Shown: positions 33,451-47,888 of the stretch, one piece after another
How the letters are laid out: each line of letters begins with the position of its first letter
Position numbering within the stretch: the first letter of the stretch is position 1
The notes under the pieces: generated by a model
What the model saw: only the letters and a program-made list of their open reading frames with translations
Told to the model about the DNA's origin: nothing
Databases searched by the model: none
NCBI GenBank assembly: GCA_022813865.1
Contig: JALDZX010000029.1
Location: forward strand, 124,001 to 188,000
DNA length: 64,000 nt
Direction of reading: 5' to 3'
Source: Xylographa opegraphella
Lineage: Eukaryota
Translations under genes and position numbers: made by a program

Positions 33451-34843
33451 TACTGACTAAGGCTTGGGATCATTTGCTAGGGTCTGGCAGTGCAGCAAAA
33501 TGGATTGAAACGAAGATCATCTGAAAACGGATTACCAGGGAATTCCGCTTGACTTAGGCAACCTCAAGTCGTGCGATTTGTCACGATCCTCTACAATGGT
33601 TTGTACCTATCTAAGTGCTGTTTAGGGGTCAAGAGCGAGAGACATGCTCCGGAAGTTGAGCAGTCATCTTCCTCCGTCCACCGCGGATGAGAAGTTGCGA
33701 TTTTCCAACCAAAGCTGAGTCTACTTCCAAGGACGTATGAGCAATTTGAACGACGAAATACTCTAGCAGTTGGTTACAAAACACCTACAGCTCGAAGGCC
33801 ACGAGGATACTGTTCTGTACTACAAAGGCAGCCAAAGCAACACCTAGAATGGATCACATATCGCGCATATCTCCGCATAAGCACTCCTCTGCGGTAATGC
33901 GATCTATGCTGACAGCAGTCAAATAGGGAATATTCCAAGATGATAACTTTCCCACTCGAAAAGATCAAAGGGACGGCTACTGCTGAGAAACTGCCCGATC
34001 GTGTAAATATAGATTATTAGTAGCCTGTACGTAGCAATCTAATGAAAGCCCGATTTACCGAGGCCACGAGGCTCTAGAACCTCTGCATAGAGGATGTGCA
34101 AACTTCTTGGAGCAGTAAGCCTCGACATGACATTCGATAATTTTCGGAGCGTGGACAAAGAATTGATCTTCCAGCTGCTCTCATTGCCATATGGGACCCA
34201 AGCTTTCGAGATGAGGCTGTTCATCCAGTCGTGATAAAGCCACATCCGATGGAGACCATGTTCTTTTCGCAGTGTACTTTATGTAGCTTCGACAGCCGCC
34301 ACGACCAGGTACGATGGCGCGTAGAGACCAGAGCTGAAGCCAACCTTCCTCAGAAGCGGGGTGGCGGCCATGGCGATTCTTGGTAAGTGCCCGCATTGGG
34401 CACGCTAAACACTTCAGCTCTGCCACTTTGCTTCCGACGTGTCCCCATGGCATGATGGTGTAGTGCTGTGTCTGTTTAGCCTTGGCTGAAGTACCAGGCC
34501 TTTGCTGGGATGTCCCACACATGTATCGTACACGCCGGTCCTCTTGGGTGCATCCAAGCCAGGTCACATGCATTCAGTTCTCCGACGTGCTGTTATGTCC
34601 CCACTTCAGCATGCCTCTCATTCTTCAAGAAGCAGGATAGGTAGGATAGCTACAGCACGGACGCTGAAGTCGATTTTCAATTTCTTTCCATCCCGCAGTT
34701 CACCTTTCTCAAGCCTTGTCGTTCTCCAAAGTCAACAAGGGCGTGTGTTTGCTTTCCACCGTTCAACATACGCCTCTGCTTTCATCTGTGGTCTATCATC
34801 TGTAGGGCATTTAAAAAGACGGCACTTGCACGTATCTTCTGTC

Positions 34844-36604
34844 ATGAATCAGCCTAAAAGACTTATAGTTGCGTGTGATGGTCAGTGTATCTTACCTGCC
34901 AATATAAAAACTTCAGCAACTAACATCAGTATTTCACACAAGGCACTTGGGAGGTAAGCCAGCTCATGACATATCATGAACTTCCGGCATTGAAACCCTG
35001 ACAAGAGCATCTTTTCAGAATAGTGACGATGGCTTCGTCAGAGACAATTACTGGCCATGGAGTACCAGTGGTCACCTAGCAGATCCCACCAATGTCACTC
35101 GGTTCTGCCGGGCTTTGATGTCCCACAGTCCTCACAAAGACATCCAACAGATCGTCTACTATCAAGCTGGACTTGGCTCTGCAAATAACTGGTACGATCA
35201 GATTATTGGCGGAGGTGGGTTGCGTGACTATTTATTGGTGTGAGGGCAATGGCTGATTCAGCTTGCGGGCATTTTAAGCTACTGGTAATGGTATTTCTGA
35301 ACTCGTCCGGGAAGCCTACGGCTTCCTGTGTCTTAATTACGCGCCTGGTGATGAGATTTTCCTTGTTGGTTTCTCCCGCGGCGCTTTTACTGCCCGAACC
35401 ATCTCGGGCCTTATCGCAGACCTCGGGCTGCTCACTAGAACCGGCATGATGAGTTTCTATCCTATCTTTAAAGACTGGGAAAATCAAGTAAAGAAAGAAT
35501 ATGTCAGCCCGTGGCCGAACCTACCTTTTCCTAAGAAACCTCCATTCCATGACCCGCACTACACGAAGGAGCTCGAAAGGGTAAGTGTAACGATATGCTC
35601 AAGAGAATTAGCCACTGACGGTTGTCACAGCTTGATATGACGAGACTGCGGATCCCCATCAAAGCAGTCGGAGTTTGGGACACCGTTGGTATGGAAACTG
35701 TGGCCATTGCGAAACTTGAACTTGTCGTTGATGTGGGGTTTTAGGTTCATTAGGCATCCCGGATATCGGGCTTTGGCCTAAAGGTCCTTCGGAGTACGCT
35801 TTTATCAATACGGTAGTCTCTCCCAACGTGGAGAACGCCTTCCACGCCCTCGCCCTCGATGAACATCGCAAGCCCTTCTCGCCCACCATCTGGGAGAAAC
35901 CCGAGGGGCAGCAGTTGCCGAACAAGCTAGTTCAGTGCTGGTTCCCGGGCGTGCACGCAAACGTCGGCGGTGGCTATCCAGACACGGCCACCGCAGACAT
36001 CACGCTGGCTTGGATGATGTCGCAGCTCGACGAGTTCCTCGATTTCGATCCGGAGTACATTGTCTGGCAGCGCGAGCTCAACGTCAAGTACTACCAGGAC
36101 GAGAAACCGCCTGCGGCGGTCAGGCCCTGGGCTATGGGTGAGGTGTACCACACCTACAAGGGAATTGCATACCTGGGTAAGTCACCGTTCATTCAACATT
36201 GCTTGCATTGCTCATTCTCATCTGGATCAGGAGGCTCACAAACACGTACGCCCGGTCAGTATCACCCCACCGACGGCGTGACAGGGGACCCGAAACCTCG
36301 TTACCTCCGAGACACCAGAGAACATATCCACCCATCCGTGCGCGTTCGCCTTGCATGTGGCGGCAAAGGCGCCGAGGACCAAGGCTTCTACACTCCGGAA
36401 GCGCTGAAGAAGTTCAAGCTGCTTGCGCCTGGCGAGGTGACCGACAAGACGGCAGCCGTGCAGGATCCCTACGAACACCGCTACCGGTGGGTGCTCCGCT
36501 CGCGTGATAGGGTAGTCATTTTACCCGAAAGTGAGCTTGGAGACGTAGAGTTAAAGCTGCTGCGCATGTCCCCCGAGGCCGAAAAGATGGTCGAGCATGC
36601 TTAG
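34844..36604 (+). CDS. DUF2235 (Tle1-like phospholipase fold) alpha/beta hydrolase
   Basis: KRLIVACDGTW, PTNVTR, QIVYYQAGLG, GDEIFLVGFSRGAFTAR, GVWDTVGSLG, AFHALALDEHR, QCWFPGVHANVGGG; includes an 11-nt exon at 34943-34953. Confidence 0.9.
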
Positions 36605-37464
36605 CGAATTCTGGGTACATGCTTGGGCGGTTCTCGATGGGGGATTTATCGATACATTATAATCGTTTCCTTTTCTCCTTTTCTCCTTGGGGCGTCGGGA
36701 AGCGGTCGGCTCTGCAGTTCGAAAAGGCCCGATGGCGGTCCGACCTGCGTGAGCGCGGTCCTGCGAGCAGCGAGCTCTGCGGAGGGGTGTTGTTATGGGC
36801 GTTTGAGAAAATAGGGGGGTTGGAAATGTGCGAGGTCTTTGTAACCAGAGCTTCTTTTCATATACGGGTAATTATAATCATTATTGCCAATATACAAATT
36901 TTGCTCAGCGTCTGTGACATGTGCCGCGCTACGGAACTGTTTTCTTCGTAAAATGAAACCTCTGTCGAAGAAGTACGCCTGGCTCAAGAAGCTCGAGGAA
37001 GGGGATGGCTCTGCAACAAGATAGGAAGTGTTTCTGGTCTACATGGAAAGATTGCTTTCTTAGATAATCCTGTCTACATAGGCATTTTTTCTCAATGGGA
37101 GGATGCCCTTATCAGCTACGGGAGATACTTACGCGGCAGTCCTGTGCTTGGTCAACAAGTTCTTCGTCCCGAGAAGGCGATCGTCAACCAGGAACCGTAG
37201 TGCCAGCTGGGACGATCCATCCACCCTTCCAAAGTATGCAAGAAAGTCCACGATCCGCGGTACGATGAAGCCAAATTTTCACAGAGCTGCAAGATGACAA
37301 TCACATCGACACTTGCACACCTGCCGCCCCATCAAATAAATATGGAATCTCCCACTCGGTAGGCGGCATTTTCATTTCTGCAGCCACAGCGTAGCCGTCT
37401 AGCATACAACTGCACAGTTCGCCCAAGCAACGCTCTCCCCGCACCATTGTCTTCCCCCGTCTCT

Positions 37465-38353
37465 CTACCGATTACTCTTCGCCACACGCTCCAGCTCGTC
37501 CTTCTTCTTGATCGCGTAGCTGTTGCTGCTTCCCTTCGCAGCGTTGATCAGCTCTTCCGCTAGGCACTCAGCCACGCTCTTGACGTTCCGGAAGGCGGCC
37601 TCACGGGCCCCAATCGTCAGCAGAGCGATGGCCTGGTTTACGCGGCGCAAAGGCGAAACATCAACAGCTTGGCGGCGCACGGTACCAGCGGAGCCGATAC
37701 GTGTGCTGTCTTCGCGAGGGCCGCAGTTGACGATAGCGTCGACGGCAACTTGGATGGGGTTTTGGTCGGTCATGATGTGGATCTGTTGGTAGGGCGTGGG
37801 TCAGTATTTGTGTAGTGGAGGTGTATTTGGAGACTCAGTTATGGGATGTCGGGGGCTTCCGGAAGGAGCAAGAAAGTGTCTGGCCGTGATTGACGTACTA
37901 TCTCAAAGGAGTGAGCAACGATACGGACAGCCATCAGCTTCTTGCCGTTGTTGCGGCCGTTCATCATCAGCGAGTTCGTAAGGCGCTCGATAATGGGGCA
38001 TTGGGCTTTGCGGAAGCGCTTGCTGGCGTAGCGGCCGGCCGAGTGCGAGATGTATACGGGTGAGCGGATTTGGATGTAATCGCTGGAGGAGAGAAGACTA
38101 CTGTTAGCCAGTGCTTTGGGGAGTTCGAACAGACCATCAAGAGCCTGCAACCCGCCACACCGAAAGCAGATACTCCAGATTTCTCTCAATCTGAGGCTGA
38201 TGATGCTCACGTTAAAGAAATATCTCTGATCTCCACATCTTCGTAGCTCCACTTGTTGAACAGCTTGACGGTGCCGATTTCCTCGGTTACATCCTTGGGA
38301 AGCACGAGGTACCCGTTGGGCGTCTCGACCTCGACTTCACCGCTGTCAGACAT
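37465..38353 (-). CDS. RPS5: 40S ribosomal protein S5 (uS7)
   Basis: [46 protein letters not shown]; 3 exons. Confidence 0.98.
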
Positions 38354-38663
38354 GATGATAACTGTCTGGCAAATGCGTATGGATTGTGAAGGACTTTGGC
38401 GGTGGAATTGATCACTGTCGTTGTCGCAAATCACTAGTTTTGGAGAACTCGCCTGTGCTAGTTCGGTCGTGGGCGCTAAGGGTTTTCATGCCAAGACTAG
38501 ACTTTTCATCCTTTCAGTTCATCAAGATCGGGTATTTGAGACACTTTGGATGCAATCTTACCGATAGAAAGACCTTCGTGGACAAGAAGCTATACATATG
38601 AAGATTTTCTGCAAAGTATTTCGTGCAACTATGGGTATCACTAAATCACCTAGATACATTGCG

Positions 38664-41070
38664 TTATTTGCCCTTGTTCCCTCTCTTGCCTCCACGTTTA
38701 GCTCTTTCCACGTGAGCTTTCAAGACCCTCCCCCTCTCAACCAAGCTCTTCTTCTGCTTTCCTTTCGCCTTGCCAAGGGTCATCATAAAGTTCTTCTTTC
38801 TTGCCTTCTCTCTGTTCGTTGTGCTTTTGCCCTCGCTCTCCTTTTTCTCCCGGCGAAGGGCCTGAGTACTCTTGTGCCCCGTGCGCTCACCCTTGCCTTC
38901 TCTGGCCAATGCTACTTTATCGGCTTTAGATGCTTTCTTAGAAAGAGCTGCGAGCCCCTCAATCTCAGCCGCTGTCAGGGGATCGTCCGCGTGCCTATTT
39001 TGTTGTGCCTGTTGCTGCTGTGCCAGACGTTTCCGCTGGGAAGCTGGAAGCGCTTTGTTGACACTAGCTTCTAGTCGCAACTCGTGAAGCTTAGCAATAT
39101 CTGCTGGTGTCAGGATGCGTGTAGTGGCAATTGTAGAAGTTCTCTTTTCAAGCTCATTAGCTGCGCCTAAAGCGTTCTCTTTATTATCGTCTTGAGAAAG
39201 AGACACAGGCTCTACTTTTGTGCGTTTTGGTGCAGGTTTTTCGTCATCAGAATCGCTGATTTCAATTTCGACATCACTCTCGGCATTTATCCAGCCGCCT
39301 GAATCGTCACTATCGACTTCCTCGACCTCCCAGCCATTTTCATCTTCGTCATCTGCCACATCTGCTTCATCATCTGGGAGAGTTCCATCCAGCCTTTTCC
39401 GCTCTCTTTCCTCCTCCTTCCATTTTTCCAATAGCTCTAAGCCCTCAATTTCTCCTGCCTCTTCTTCTCCAAATCTACGCTCTTTGCGATCGCCAGCTCT
39501 CAATCCCATAGCTGCTTCTTTACCTCTATCTCTTTTCTTTAGCATATCCGCGCCCACTTCGCGATAGAGACCCAAAAGTCCTTTTGCAGCCATCACGACT
39601 CCTTTATCCTTACTTTTCTTGTACATAACAAGATCCTGCAGAAGCGTATCGTTCATAGCAAGTGGCTGTCGAGCGCATATTTCGCGAATAGCATTAAGTC
39701 CAGCAGAAGCAACTTCAGAAGCCGAAGCTTCAGATACAAATTCATTGGCAATTTTCTGTATTAGGGGCTCTAACACATCCGGAGGGACAAGAGAGTGTGT
39801 GGCTTGCGCGAGTGAGGCGAGGAAAGAGGTTACAGAGGGTTGTCGAGGAGTGAGGTATTTTATGAAATAAGAGTACAAGCTCATGATAGTGAGCTTATGC
39901 AGCCCCACGAGCCGAGAAACAAGCTGTAGAACTTGTAGCTTCTGTTCCAGATTCAGCTTGGATTTGGTGTTCTGCAGGTGTTTCGAAAATAGTGTCTCGG
40001 CAAAGCCTTGTGGATCGTGTAACAGATGAAACGCAGAGAAATTCAGAGGATGCGGCTGTTTCTTCTTACGTTCCTTCCTCTTGACCATTGATACAGCGTT
40101 CTCCATTACCTTAGCCTTCTTTTTGCTTTTTTTGTTGATGCCCATTTGGTGCTTCAGCTTTCCCAAGTCTATTGCCTCCTCGTCGCTGCTCTCGTCATCC
40201 AAGTCTTCTCGCTCTTTGTCGCCTCCCAGAAAGAACCTCACGCCTCCAACAATCACCTTCTCGTTATCAGCCAGACAAGCCTCTTTCATAATCTCCACTG
40301 TCTTCGGGTCAGTCCATATCTGTCGTTTCCACAGTTCCCTTGTAATCTTGACTGCCCATATCCCCTTAGAAGATGTTCGGTCAGACGTAAGGAGATTGAA
40401 TAGAACAGTTTGAATAGTTCTGTTAAGGCGATGATTCGTAGTTTTAGAATTGGAAGTCCGCAGATCAGATAGGATTTTTTGGAATAGTAAAGTGCGAAGG
40501 GATTTGCTCGGCGTCGAAGTAAGAATTGGAAAGAGCGCATGTAGCAGTCTGAAACATCAATATTATGAAGCACGCAAGAAAGGTGGTGGATGAGCTTACA
40601 CAGAGGAGTCAATAATATCCTTCCTTCGTAACAGAACCAAACTGCCCACTATCTTTTCTCGGAGTTCCGACTCGAGAACCTGGTGATGAAGCGTGAGAAT
40701 CTCTATCAATTCATTTGGGAATTTAGCAGTGAGCTCTGGAAAACACTCTGCGACGTGAGAGGTGAAATCGATGAGGTCTCGAAGTGACACTATCCCAGCG
40801 TTGGTGGCGGACGAGGGGGCCTGCAAGAAGATCTCTCGATGGGATTCATATTGATTGAATTGCTTGATAAACTCTTCTTTATATGATCTATCTAGCGTTA
40901 GTGCCACTCACCAACAAGAAAATGATCATTGTACATTGGATCTCGCCGTATTTTATTCTGTAAATTGGCTCTACATAAGTAATGGTCAGCGGCAAATTCA
41001 GATAGAACATACACTTCACCTACAAGTCGGCATCAACCTTTTCCAAGGCTCCCACCTTCCGCTTCACCAT
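38664..41070 (-). CDS. SDA1: 60S biogenesis factor SDA1
   Basis: MVKRKVGALEKVDADL, LNFSAFHLLHDPQGFAE, IANEFVSE, GLNAIREIC, RILTPAD, KSTTNREKARKKNFMM. Confidence 0.95.
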
Positions 41071-41150
41071 GGCATCAGGGTTGGCGCAAGCAAGGTATCT
41101 CAGACTTTTAAAACAACATGGAATTTTCGTCTTGGTGAAAACAAGCTAGC

Positions 41151-41162
41151 CTTATCGATAAG
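41151..41162. promoter_or_regulatory. Palindrome CTTATCGATAAG in the 174-bp SDA1 / FAD-oxidase divergent promoter
   Basis: Perfect palindrome located almost midway between the two ATGs. Confidence 0.5.
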
Positions 41163-41244
41163 CGAGGACTTTGCGGGGGCAATACGTGAACCGAGGTGTG
41201 TTCATGTTACAGTTCTGATTACTAGGTACCTTCATCTATAGACC

Positions 41245-42723
41245 ATGGCGGCGAATTCGGCAAAGTCAAGCTCTAGGGTTCTAATTGTGGGTGCTGGGAT
41301 ATTTGGGACCTCAACGGCATACCATCTCTCGCTGTCCGATCCAAATCCATCCAGCATTACTATCCTAGATCGCAATGATTTTCCTCCAGCCTCAGCAGCA
41401 GACTCCATAGATGCCCCGCTAGGTGCATCCTACGACATCAACAAGATTGTTCGAGCTGATTATTCTACACCTTTCTATATGGATCTTGCACATGAGGCAA
41501 TAGATGCATGGTCGACTAATCCCCTATACCAATGCTTCTACCACAGAACTGGATGGATAATGCTTGATGAGAAAGGCTCCGATCTAGCCGAAAGGATAAG
41601 GAAGAACTTCAGAGAATGTGGAAGACCAGACCCAACCAAAGATATGAGTCTCGAAGAGGTTAGGGGAGCCTGGGGAGGAGTGTTGCATGAGACAGACATG
41701 AAAGACTTTGGAAATGCTTACTGGAATCCAGAGGCCGGGTGGGCGGAGGCCGATAAGGCCGTTGAAGCAATGCTGAAGGAAGCAGTACAACGCGGTGTCC
41801 AATACCGCCAGGGAAATGCTGAAGCATTATTGTTACACAACAACCACAAACGTGGCATTCGAGGAGTCAGGCTTGCAGATGGCAGGATCCTCGAGGCTGA
41901 CAAAGTTCTGTTAGCTACTGGTGCGTGGACAAGCAGACTGATGTCGGGTATAGAGGACAGCCTAAGCATTGACGCGAATGATCGAATCGAGCAGCAAGTT
42001 AAAGCAGCCGGTGTTTGCGTTGCGCATTATAAACTCAGTAAAGATGATAAAATTATCTTTGACAAAATGCCAGTGATCATAAATGGAGAAAACGGTGGGT
42101 TAACTTTGATACTCCTGCAATATCCCTACCTAGATACACTTCATGTTATGCAAAAGATCCGCCACTATTGACCTTTGACTTTGATGTTGGATAATGCGAG
42201 TTTTCTGGCGACCAAGTCTGATCCTGGTTCTTCAGGAGACATTCAACCGCCGCCGTCTTCCAGCTTTCTCAAGTTTACCAACGGTCGGTCGTTCACCAAT
42301 ACCATTATGACTGATTCGAAGCACGAGATCTCAGTCCCACCGTCGTATTCACAAGACGTAGTACCACAAGCATTGAAATCAGAAACCATTGACATCATAG
42401 AACGCATCATGCCTCAGATGGCAGATCGTAAAGTCGCCTATTGGCGATTATGTTGGGACTCTGTGACTCCAACACAATATCAACTGATAACAAAACATCC
42501 GGACAAAAGACTTAGCAATCTGTACTTCTCTATCGGGGGCAGCTTTCACAGCTGGAAGTTCCTGCCGACAATCGGGAAGTATGTCTCAAACGTGCTGAAT
42601 GAAAAGAGTAATGGGGATGAAAAGGATAAAAGTTGGGCTTGGAAAGATGCTCGCTGGAGTTTAGGAGGAACTAGAGGTGCTCATGAAAAATCTTTGCCCA
42701 AAAGAGAGCTTCGGGACCTGTAA
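41245..42723 (+). CDS. FAD-dependent oxidoreductase, sarcosine oxidase / fructosyl-amino-acid oxidase family
   Basis: VLIVGAGIFGTSTA (GxGxxG), SYDINKIVRADY, AGWAEA, LLATGAW, RLCWDSVTP, GGSFHSWKFLPTIG; one intron ~42094-42235. Confidence 0.9.
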
Positions 42724-43657
42724 GACGCAAGTAGAAGAAGCCGACTGTAAAGGAAAGCTAAGGGAAACAGTCCAATGCGACTGCTGTGCTGGAGTGACAA
42801 GCGATTGAGGTCTTCTAATGAAATTGACGACACGATGTAATCTGCAGAATAATGAATTAGCGATGATTGGTCATCAAGCGTTGTCAATTGCATGTATACG
42901 ATATTGTGGTACCCTCAGTGATCTTGGTGTTTACAAGTATGATCATTGCCTCGAAAGGATCAGTTTTACTATCTAGTGCTGTGTGTTCTAATCATCGGGT
43001 ATGATTGTGTGGAAAGTATGAGGATATTTACTTACTTGTAAAATATATCATTTTGCTACAATTGTTGTAACAAATGCAACTTTCATGATGACAACACGCT
43101 TCATACACTTCACGAAAGGACTGTCCATTCTCATAGTGGACGTAAAGTCCAAAGCTTTCCAGGCAGTACTGTATGATCTGTTTGTTCAAAGCGATTAGCT
43201 CGTTGTGAGATGAGTTCAGAGGAGATAAATTGTTATTAAGTAGGGCATATTATCAGGATATGTAAGAAATAAATTTCACTTCCCCACGGCCGTATCGAGA
43301 CTCTGGCGGGAGTCTCACAGCGCGTAGTATCAATCGCAAATTATATCATCACGAAGAGAGTGCCAATAAAGAGAACAATGAGAAGGGACTTACTGTCAAA
43401 TTGGCTCTTGAGGGTAAAGCATTGTTAACGTGAAAGATCTGTAGTGCGAACGTTAAGCTAAGACTAGGACAAAAGGAAAAAGTTTTTTCCTTCGCAGAAA
43501 CCCTACAGTTTTAGTGCGCACAATTGCTAGCGTGAAGTGTCTAACCTCGAATTAGTGCCGAACATTACACACACAACGAATTGCAAGACTTCTGTAAGTG
43601 AACGTACAGCTGTTCTGCCAAGCTTACTTACTGACTCTGCGTCTGAAGAACGTTGCG

Positions 43658-44275
43658 ATGGCAGAAATTGAAGTCAAAGCCTCGCAATGGCGTTTGGTGG
43701 AAGTCGGCAGGGTCGTGCTCTTCAATAACGGACCTTACACTGGCCGTCTTGCTACTATTGTAGAAATCATCGATCACAAGCGCGTATGTCTACAGAATGA
43801 GGGTTGAAAACATGGGATATTGTGGCTGAATCACTTTTAGGCTTTGGTTGACGGCCCTTCAACTAATGAGCAGATCGCTCCTGTTCCTCGTCACGCTATA
43901 TCCCTTGCAAATGTCATCCTCACACCAATTGTCATTCCTAAACTACCTCGTGCAGCGGGTACAGGTGCAGTAGCAAAAGCATGGAAGAAGGAGGAAGTGG
44001 AAGAGAAATGGAGCGCAAGCGCGTGGGCGAAGAAGAGGGAACAAATGCTAAAGCGACGAAGTTTATCGGATTTTGACCGGTTCAAGGTCATGAGGCTGAG
44101 AAAGCAGGTACGTCTCGTATTTGAGTAGCGATTTTTTCGCGTTGCATCACAACAGGCAGTATTATTCTATGTCGAAACATCGTGGAGATCCCTTGTACTA
44201 ACCTCTGTCCCATTCTAGGCCCGCTTTGAAGTCCGAAAGTCTCACGCAAAAGTTCGTGCATCGGCCAAGTCATGA
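43658..44275 (+). CDS. RPL14: 60S ribosomal protein L14 (eL14)
   Basis: [43 protein letters not shown]; 3 coding exons plus a probable 5'-UTR intron at ~43594-43648. Confidence 0.97.
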
Positions 44276-44891
44276 GTACGAATGGATGCATTTTCAGAAG
44301 GAGTTAATGATAAATGGCATTAGCTTTCGTCGGCATTGAGTGTTCTTAGCACAGGCTGGATACGTCTGCCTCAAACAGAAGAGTATGCTTTTGAAGTCAG
44401 ACAAGTCTGTAATTTCTTTGTGAAACCATGTTACGGAAATCCCAATTCGCCTGAAAGCAGTTCTGGAGCGTCGTAAAGATTCCCACAGTTTAAGCAAGAC
44501 AGCCCACGGGCATACATGCATCGTAGTTCCATACCATAACTGTAATCGAGAAATATAGTATTGTCCTTATTGTGACTGGCTTGATTTCCTCAATATCTCT
44601 AAATCCCCGCTAATAATATTCGGTAAGGTAAGAAACACCACAAAGTCTCTCCATACCCCTGCCCAAGCCAAACATTTGATCCATTACCAAAGGTCCGCAT
44701 ACAGCAGCAGACCCAAATCAGAGGTGAGCATGAGATTATTTTCTTACTTGTCTAGGAACCAAGTTCTTTTCGACAATAAGATTGACTCGCTTGAGACAAA
44801 TTTAATCGCAAAATTCTGTTCCATAAGCACAAAGCTCAAACACAATCCATCAGTCTGTGGCTGACGTTCTGCCACATACTAGTCCTTGAGA

Positions 44892-45730
44892 ATGGCCAAT
44901 CCAAGAATCGAAGAGCTGCCAGACGATCCACCCGCGAAGAAGGGTGCCGAAGTTGACGATGCATCAAGCAGCTCCGACTCAGAAGTCGAGACTGGTGAAG
45001 CTGGCCCAGGAGCAGGCTCGTCGGTGCAGGTGCATTCGCGCAACGAAAAGAAGGCACGGAAGTCAATTGCGAAACTGGGCTTGAAACATGTCCCGGGTAT
45101 CACTAGAGTCACGTTGCGGCGGCCGAAGAATGTAAGTCTGCACGCGGAGCGGGTGTCAATTGCTGTCCACATAGTTACACGAGCGGCATACTGGAGCCAG
45201 CGTCACTTTCTCAGCAATTTGATGTTTTCTTGTTTCAGGACTGATGTCTGCGGTCATAGATACTTTTCGTCATCAGCCAGCCCGACGTCTACAAGTCGCC
45301 CACCAGCAATACCTGGATGTATGTACACCTTGTCCTAACTTGTGATCAAAATAAGTACTTTATAATTCGAAGCTGACCTATCCCTAGTATCTTCGGCGAA
45401 GCCAAGATTGAAGATCTGAACTCCCAAGCCCAAGCAAATGCCGCCTCTCAGCTCGCCGCTGCTGAAAACGCAAATGCGGGTGGTGATTCGCATGCTGGCC
45501 ACAACCACTCTCACGATCACGGCAAAGGCAAAGCTATTGACACTGCTGATGCTAAGAAGGACGAAGAGGAGGATGAAGACGACGGAGAAGAGGTCGACGA
45601 CACTGGGCTGGAAGCGAAGGACATTGAGCTTGTGATGGCGCAGGCGAGTGTATCGAGGAAGAAGGCGGTCAAGGCGCTGAAGGATAACGATAACGACATA
45701 GTCAACTCGATTATGGCGCTGAGTATGTAG
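44892..45730 (+). CDS. EGD2: Nascent polypeptide-associated complex alpha subunit
   Basis: [55 protein letters not shown] end [24 protein letters not shown]. Confidence 0.97.
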
Positions 45731-47180
45731 TCTAGTCTGCTTGGAAAAGTATTGATTGAAGATATGGAGGACTTGGCAGCTGTGTGATTATGATAGCTTT
45801 AAACGGAGTAAACCCATTTTAGCTAGTGACAATGTTACACAAACATTAGCATGTCAGTCAAAAACAAGTACTTGAGCAGTAGGAAAGCATGAAGGCTTAC
45901 TGGTAGGTATGCCACAGCCTTAACTCCTCAAGTGGCGCCCAAACTAGAATAAGTGCAGTCCATTGGCCAGCGGTGGCAATCATGTATTCGTATGGCTAAG
46001 TATCAGTGCTTCTGTAACATACAATCCATATTTCCAGATTTCCTTTCTATCTCTTAATGCTCACGCAGTCAAGACAACACAGCCTTTTGACTGAGTTGAT
46101 GTGCGTTGGTTGGGACAGGGGACTGGTCGCTTCATTCGTACTTTCTTGTCTGCTTCCACGTTACGGTGTTTTTGAATGTAGAATGCGGAAGCAATCCCTA
46201 TACGGCCGCGTTCATCCGGAATGTGGGGACTCGGTGTCAAAATCAATGCCGTAGCTTGTTCTTCGTTTCAAGCTGGTATCCTTGTAAAAAATATATGCAT
46301 GCAAGACGTAAGGTACTTCGAGTTTATGACCATTTTACGATTCATCTAACAGTTCTTTCCAACCTACGCTGTCTGATGAATTAATTTCATCTTTTGTATC
46401 AGCTGTATCATTTTCCCTGTCCTTGTCAATGCGATTCTTAAGATATATATCGACTTGTGAGTTCTCTGCATGGCCTTGCTGAGAACCTTCTCGGATGTGG
46501 AGGAAGCATGCAATCACAGGACAGTCGACCCAGCTCCAGGATGCTGCTAGGCCGCAAGTATCGTTGAAACTCGGCCTCGGATGTGCCACAGTAGTCGGCC
46601 ATGAAAATAGCTTTCAATAACTCCGCAAATGGTGGTTGTATCTTAGCAATTCTCGGAAGCTGGTGGCAAGAGGCAGAAGTCATATTGCGAGATTGCGAAA
46701 ATTGACATATATTCCGTGGAGAACCTCCAAATGAATTACCATCATGGCCCACAATGCTACTGGGCAAAACTCAACAAGATCACAAAATGCGATATGGCGC
46801 TGCTATCTAGGAAATTGAATTTTAAGGGCTCACTGGAAATGCCACTTGAGTACATGATCAGAGCATGAATATCAATATTGAGACAGTATTGCAAAGCATT
46901 AGTAGATCGCATTGGATTTAGTATGAATAGGAGAAATTACTATACTCTGAGTTGAGGGGCTTTCTTATCGGCATTGTGTAAATATGTACAGAGTTGATGA
47001 CCACCTTATGGAGATAACAGATAGAATACTCATACGGAGCACGATAGCTGGACATGAAGCTCGGCTCCGCACGTGACTCAGCCTTGTCGAGGTTGAGCCC
47101 AGATGCTACCAACACCTGAAGTCAATCGTGGAGAACAACAAAACTTTCCCACCTTGTTCAACCTTTCACTCAAACCTACG

Positions 47181-47888
47181 ATGGCTGTCGGAGTAAGTGG
47201 ACATCGATATCTCGATCATGACCAAGTCCCGATGACATACTGACCACCCTCGCACCGCAGCGAAGCGCAGCCCTTAAAGTCGACTGGGCGAAAATCGGCA
47301 CCTCCCTCGGTCTTAAAGGGCAGACCGCTGCAGCGCTGGCAGCCTTTAAGAAGCGCAATGATGACGCCCGCCGTAAAGTCCAATTGCTCTCCGAAGCCCC
47401 ACAGACCGTAAATTTTGAGTCATACCGCTCGCAATTGAAGAACCAAGCCGTGATTGACGAGATCGAGAAACATTTCAAGAGCTTCAAGCCTGCGACATAC
47501 GATGTGTCGAGGCAGATAAAGGCGATCGAGGCGTTCGAGGCGCAGGCGGTGAAGAATGCGGAGGAGACCAAAGGGCTAGTCGACAAAGAGCTTGCAGACC
47601 TGGAGAAGACACTGAAGAATATTGAGGAGGCGAGGCCATTTGAGGACCTGACCGTTGTATGTGGCTGTAGTGGTTACAGGATATGCAATGGATGCTAATG
47701 TTTGGGTGCGTGTCTAGGATGAGGTTGTTGCTGCAAGACCAGACATTGATGAACGCACAACTCAACTGGTGTCGAAGGGTCGCTGGTCGGTGCCAGGTTA
47801 CAAGGTATGCAGTCAAATATTGTGTATTCTCGAAGAACCGTGCTAATCAATTGAATAGGAGAAGTTCGGAGACCTGTCTGTGCTATAG
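47181..47888 (+). CDS. ATP7: Mitochondrial ATP synthase subunit d
   Basis: [70 protein letters not shown]. Confidence 0.96.

Noticed and set aside
38084..38210. RPS5 and RPL14 introns as snoRNA hosts
   Set aside because: No convincing C/D (RUGAUGA..CUGA) or H/ACA arrangement seen by eye.
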